DNA from: an uncultured delta proteobacterium
GTDB taxonomy: Bacteria; Desulfobacterota; Binatia; UBA9968
NCBI GenBank assembly: GCA_963760795.1
Contig: CAVXEP010000032.1
Location: forward strand, 224,001-288,000
Reading direction: 5' to 3'
Length of the DNA stretch: 64,000 bases
This document shows positions 60,861 through 64,000 of the stretch, one piece after another (position 1 is the stretch's first letter; each line of letters begins with the position of its first letter). Both the position numbers and the translations under genes were made by a program. Below the pieces are notes generated by a model. The model was not told where the DNA came from, made no database searches, and was given only the letters and a program-made list of their open reading frames with translations.

Positions 60861-60927
60861 CAGTAAGGAGTCAGGAGCAAAGGCTTCAATCCGATTCTCC
60901 TTACTCCTAACTACTGACTCCTTACTG
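60861..60927. repeat. Inverted repeat with 7-nt AGTAAGG units
   Basis: CAGTAAGGAGTCAG ... CTGACTCCTTACTG. Confidence 0.65.
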
Positions 60928-62073
60928 GGTTTCGGCTGCATTGAGTTTGACGACTTCGAGAACCATCTGCGCCGACAGATAGAGATCTTTCAGATCGAGC
61001 CATTCGTTGACCGTGTGGATCTCGCGCATGCCAGTGCCGAGGTTGGCGACTACCAGCCCTTTTTGATTCAAAACATTGGCGTCGCAGCCGCCGCCGGTAG
61101 CGTGGGTTTTGACGTCGAGATGCAAATTTCTCGCGGCGGCATGAACCAGCTGGACGATGGGAGCGCTTTCCGGCACATCCATGCGGTCGTAATCGCGCTC
61201 GATCTTGGCTTCGACCCGCGCTTGATGGCGCTTGCCGTCGAACTCCAACGAATGTCTGGCGGCGGCAGCTTCGAGGCAGCTCTGCATATGTTCGGTCTGG
61301 CGTTTGAGTTTGTCCGAGTCATGACTGCGCGCCTCGCCTTTGAGGACGACTTGATTGGGCACGATATTGACCGCCATGCCGCCTTCGACGACGCCGATGT
61401 TCGCCGTGGTCTCGTGATCGATGCGGCCAAGCTGCATTTGCGCGATACCTTCGGCGGCGACTTTGATCGCGTTGATGCCTTTCTCGGGACAGACCCCGGC
61501 ATGGGCTTCCAGGCCGTGGACGCGAAACTCCATGCGGTTGGCCGCCGGCGCTCTGGTGAACAGGAAGCCGACCGAGTCGCTGTCGAGCACCAGGCCGGTG
61601 CGTGCGCGCAGGCTCGCGATGTCCAAACACTTGGCGCCGATCAGCCCGGCCTCTTCGCAAATCGTGAAGACGACGTCGACGGCGGAGCAGGGCAGGCCAT
61701 TCTCCTTTATAACACGCATGACTTCGCAGATGATCGCGACGCCGCTTTTGTCGTCGCCGCCGAGCACGGTGGTGCCGTCGGTGCGCAGGATATCACCGTC
61801 GAGGATCGGTACGATGCCTTCGCCGGGGACCACCGTGTCCATGTGAGCGGAAAGCAGCAGCGGCTGGCTCGCCGGCGCGTTACCGGGAAACTTGGCGATC
61901 AAATTGCCGACGTTGCCGCCGACCTTCGCACCGGCGTCATCGATGGAGACCGCCGCGCCAAGTTCTTCGAGCTCCCGTTTAAGGCGCATGGCGACGTCAT
62001 ATTCGCGCCGCGACAAGCTGTCGATCTTGATCAGCTCGATGAGAAAATTCCTTATTCGTTGTCGATTTATCAC
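60922..62073 (-). CDS. M20/M25/M40 metallopeptidase (peptidase T-like)
   Basis: SAHMDTV, LGGDDKSG, EEAGL, GGGCDAN, IHT. Confidence 0.92.
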   Translation of the reverse strand: MINRQRIRNFLIELIKIDSLSRREYDVAMRLKRELEELGAAVSIDDAGAKVGGNVGNLIAKFPGNAPASQPLLLSAHMDTVVPGEGIVPILDGDILRTDGTTVLGGDDKSGVAIICEVMRVIKENGLPCSAVDVVFTICEEAGLIGAKCLDIASLRARTGLVLDSDSVGFLFTRAPAANRMEFRVHGLEAHAGVCPEKGINAIKVAAEGIAQMQLGRIDHETTANIGVVEGGMAVNIVPNQVVLKGEARSHDSDKLKRQTEHMQSCLEAAAARHSLEFDGKRHQARVEAKIERDYDRMDVPESAPIVQLVHAAARNLHLDVKTHATGGGCDANVLNQKGLVVANLGTGMREIHTVNEWLDLKDLYLSAQMVLEVVKLNAAETQ

Positions 62074-62216
62074 GGTGAACTCCTCGCATCGGTGGCGGGG
62101 ATAGATTGGAGTTGAGACTCCGTAGGGATTTTCCCCCCGGCTGGTTCAATCTGCCATAGTTCCCGGTTCAAAGCCAAGCCGTTGACAGGGGATTTTACCA
62201 GCAGGGTCAGAGCGAT

Positions 62217-63101
62217 TCAGCCGCCGTTTTCGATGAGCCTGACGAGGTTGGTGAATTCCAGTTCAGTAAACAGCGTGCGGGTTTTTTCCAGATTGAAGCC
62301 GGTAAATTTCAATTCTTCGAGTCCCGTGTCGAGGGGCACATCGCGTTTGACTGTGGCCAGAGCGCGGCTCAGAAAGGCTTGGTCTTTGCCGGCTTGGAGA
62401 ATTTGCCGGATGCGCGCCGCACCGCGCAGTTTCATCTGCTCCATGTCGTCGAGATGATCGAAGAGGTTTTCTAAACTTTGAAACTGCTGGATCAAGGCGC
62501 TGGCGGTCTTTTCACCGATGCCTTTGACGCCGGGAATATTATCGGACGCGTCGCCCATCAGGCCCATGACTTGGGTGATTTGCTCCGGGGTGACGCCGAA
62601 CTTTTCGCGTACCTCGTCGGTGCCGATCCAACGGTCTTTGGCGCTGTCTAACAGCTTGATCCCGTCGGTGACGAGCTGCATTAAATCCTTGTCGCTCGAC
62701 ACGACCACCAGCTCGCAGCCCTGGTTCGCCAAGCGCTCGCACAAGGTCGCGATGATGTCGTCGGCCTCGTAACCCGGTAATTCGAGCAACGGCAAGTTTA
62801 GGGCGTCGAGGACTTTGCGAAAATAGGGAAACTGCGGAATCAAATCGGCAGGAGCTTCGGGACGGTTGCCTTTGTAGTCGGCGTACATTTCGTTGCGAAA
62901 GGTCAGCCGGCCGGCGTCCAATGCGACTGCGACATACTCGGGCCGGTACTGTTTCAAGAACTTCAGCAGGATGTTGGTGAAACCGAAGATAGCGTTAGTT
63001 GGCAGGCCGCCGGCATTGGTCAGCGGCGGGATGGCAAAAAAGGCGCGAAAAATATAAGCGCTGCCGTCGATCAGGAACAGCTGCCGCGCTTGATCCGTCA
63101 T
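62217..63101 (-). CDS. Stand-alone 5'-3' exonuclease/flap endonuclease (PolA N-terminal domain-like)
   Basis: LIDGSAYIFRAFFA, YKGNR, EADDIIATL, SSDKD, GDASDNIPGV.GIGEKTA; ends at 294 aa. Confidence 0.9.
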   Translation of the reverse strand: MTDQARQLFLIDGSAYIFRAFFAIPPLTNAGGLPTNAIFGFTNILLKFLKQYRPEYVAVALDAGRLTFRNEMYADYKGNRPEAPADLIPQFPYFRKVLDALNLPLLELPGYEADDIIATLCERLANQGCELVVVSSDKDLMQLVTDGIKLLDSAKDRWIGTDEVREKFGVTPEQITQVMGLMGDASDNIPGVKGIGEKTASALIQQFQSLENLFDHLDDMEQMKLRGAARIRQILQAGKDQAFLSRALATVKRDVPLDTGLEELKFTGFNLEKTRTLFTELEFTNLVRLIENGG

Positions 63102-64000
63102 GACGCACTGCGCCGCGACATAGTGTGCGTCGCCGTGCCGTAGAAAGACTCCGCCGCTTCCATGAAGGTTTCCGACAGCGTCGGATGCGGATGCACCGAG
63201 TCGGCGATGTCGCGTGCCGTGGCGCCCATCTCTACGGCCAATACCCCTTCGCTAATCAACTCGCCGGCGCCGACGCCAACAACGCCGACACCGAGAATGC
63301 GTTCAGTCTCCGGTTCGATAATTAGCTTGGTCAAGCCATCGGGGCGGTCGAGGGTCAGCGCTCTGCCCGAGGCGCCCCACAAGAACTTGGCGACTTTGAT
63401 GCCGATGTTATTCTGCTTGGCTTCGGCTTCGGTGAGGCCGCACCATGCCACCTCCGGGTCGGTATAGACGACCGCCGGGATGACAATATTTTCAAAAGCG
63501 CTGGGCTCGCCGAGAATCGCTTCAACGGCGATTTTGCCTTCCCGGGTCGCCCGGTGCGCCAGCAGCGCGCCGCCGTTGACGTCACCGATGGCATAGATGT
63601 TGGGATCTTCGGTCTGCTGCTGGGCGTTGCAGTGAATAAACCCTTTGTCGTCCTTGGTGACCTTGGTGTTTTCCAGACCGAGGTCGGCGAGATTGGGCGT
63701 GCGGCCAACACTGACGAGTACGCGATCGTAAAGCTCTTCGCGCGGCTGTTTATCCATTTCGATCGTGACTTTGATCTGTTTACCTGCGGTGGCCATCTTC
63801 AGAACTTTGGTATTGAGGCGGATTTCTTTAAAGGCCTTCTGTGCCGCGCGCATTACCGGGCGGGCGAGGTCAGCATCGACGCCGGCAAGAATCGACGATA
63901 AGGCTTCCAGCACGACGACGTTGCTGCCGAGGGCAGCATAGACCGTGCCGAGCTCCATGCCGATATAGCCGCCGCCGACGACCAGTAGGTTTTCCGGAAT
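63098..64000 (-). CDS. lpdA: Dihydrolipoyl dehydrogenase, 5'-truncated by window edge
   Basis: GGGYIGMELG, AIGDV, LAHRA, YTDPEVA, HPHPTLSE. Confidence 0.92.
   Translation of the reverse strand: MPENLLVVGGGYIGMELGTVYAALGSNVVVLEALSSILAGVDADLARPVMRAAQKAFKEIRLNTKVLKMATAGKQIKVTIEMDKQPREELYDRVLVSVGRTPNLADLGLENTKVTKDDKGFIHCNAQQQTEDPNIYAIGDVNGGALLAHRATREGKIAVEAILGEPSAFENIVIPAVVYTDPEVAWCGLTEAEAKQNNIGIKVAKFLWGASGRALTLDRPDGLTKLIIEPETERILGVGVVGVGAGELISEGVLAVEMGATARDIADSVHPHPTLSETFMEAAESFYGTATHTMSRRSAS

Noticed and set aside
316-62115. Long antisense ORFs (e.g. 316-1308, 25679-27118, 43671-44720, 46263-47300, 47798-48763, 60640-62115)
   Set aside because: Mirror frames of well-supported genes, expected from high-GC codon bias

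Overview
GC-rich bacterial chromosome segment. The gene repertoire (many orphan solute-binding proteins, amidohydrolases, Mo-enzyme subunits) resembles uncultured Binatia/deltaproteobacteria-like genomes, but that is inference only. Layout: (1) 1-4.7 kb housekeeping genes (M50 protease, trpS, scpA, scpB, rluB-like, moeZ-like). (2) 5.35-21.5 kb is a tRNA-Arg(CCT) integration hotspot. It has a 5'-half tRNA duplicate at 5354-5402, the intact tRNA at 7945-8018, a 46-bp attR at 20699-20744 and a degenerate third 3' copy at 21478-21502. attL and attR bound a ~12.7-kb phage-satellite-like island with TerS-like, TerL with an extra C-terminal domain, primase-helicase, xis/XRE, an internally deleted integrase and nuclease-like cargo, but no recognisable capsid or portal. 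(3) 21.5-56 kb holds catabolic/redox genes. (4) 56-64 kb holds mixed genes ending in a partial lpdA. The strongest hidden signal is UGA recoding that the ORF track misses. A sulfide:quinone oxidoreductase-like gene and a DUF411 gene each have an in-frame TGA where the family has a conserved Cys. An unannotated 73-aa ORF (50323-50544) has two in-frame TGAs (U-H-S-N-U). Each case is followed by a SECIS-like hairpin. About ten single-base frameshifts in otherwise intact genes look like assembly errors.
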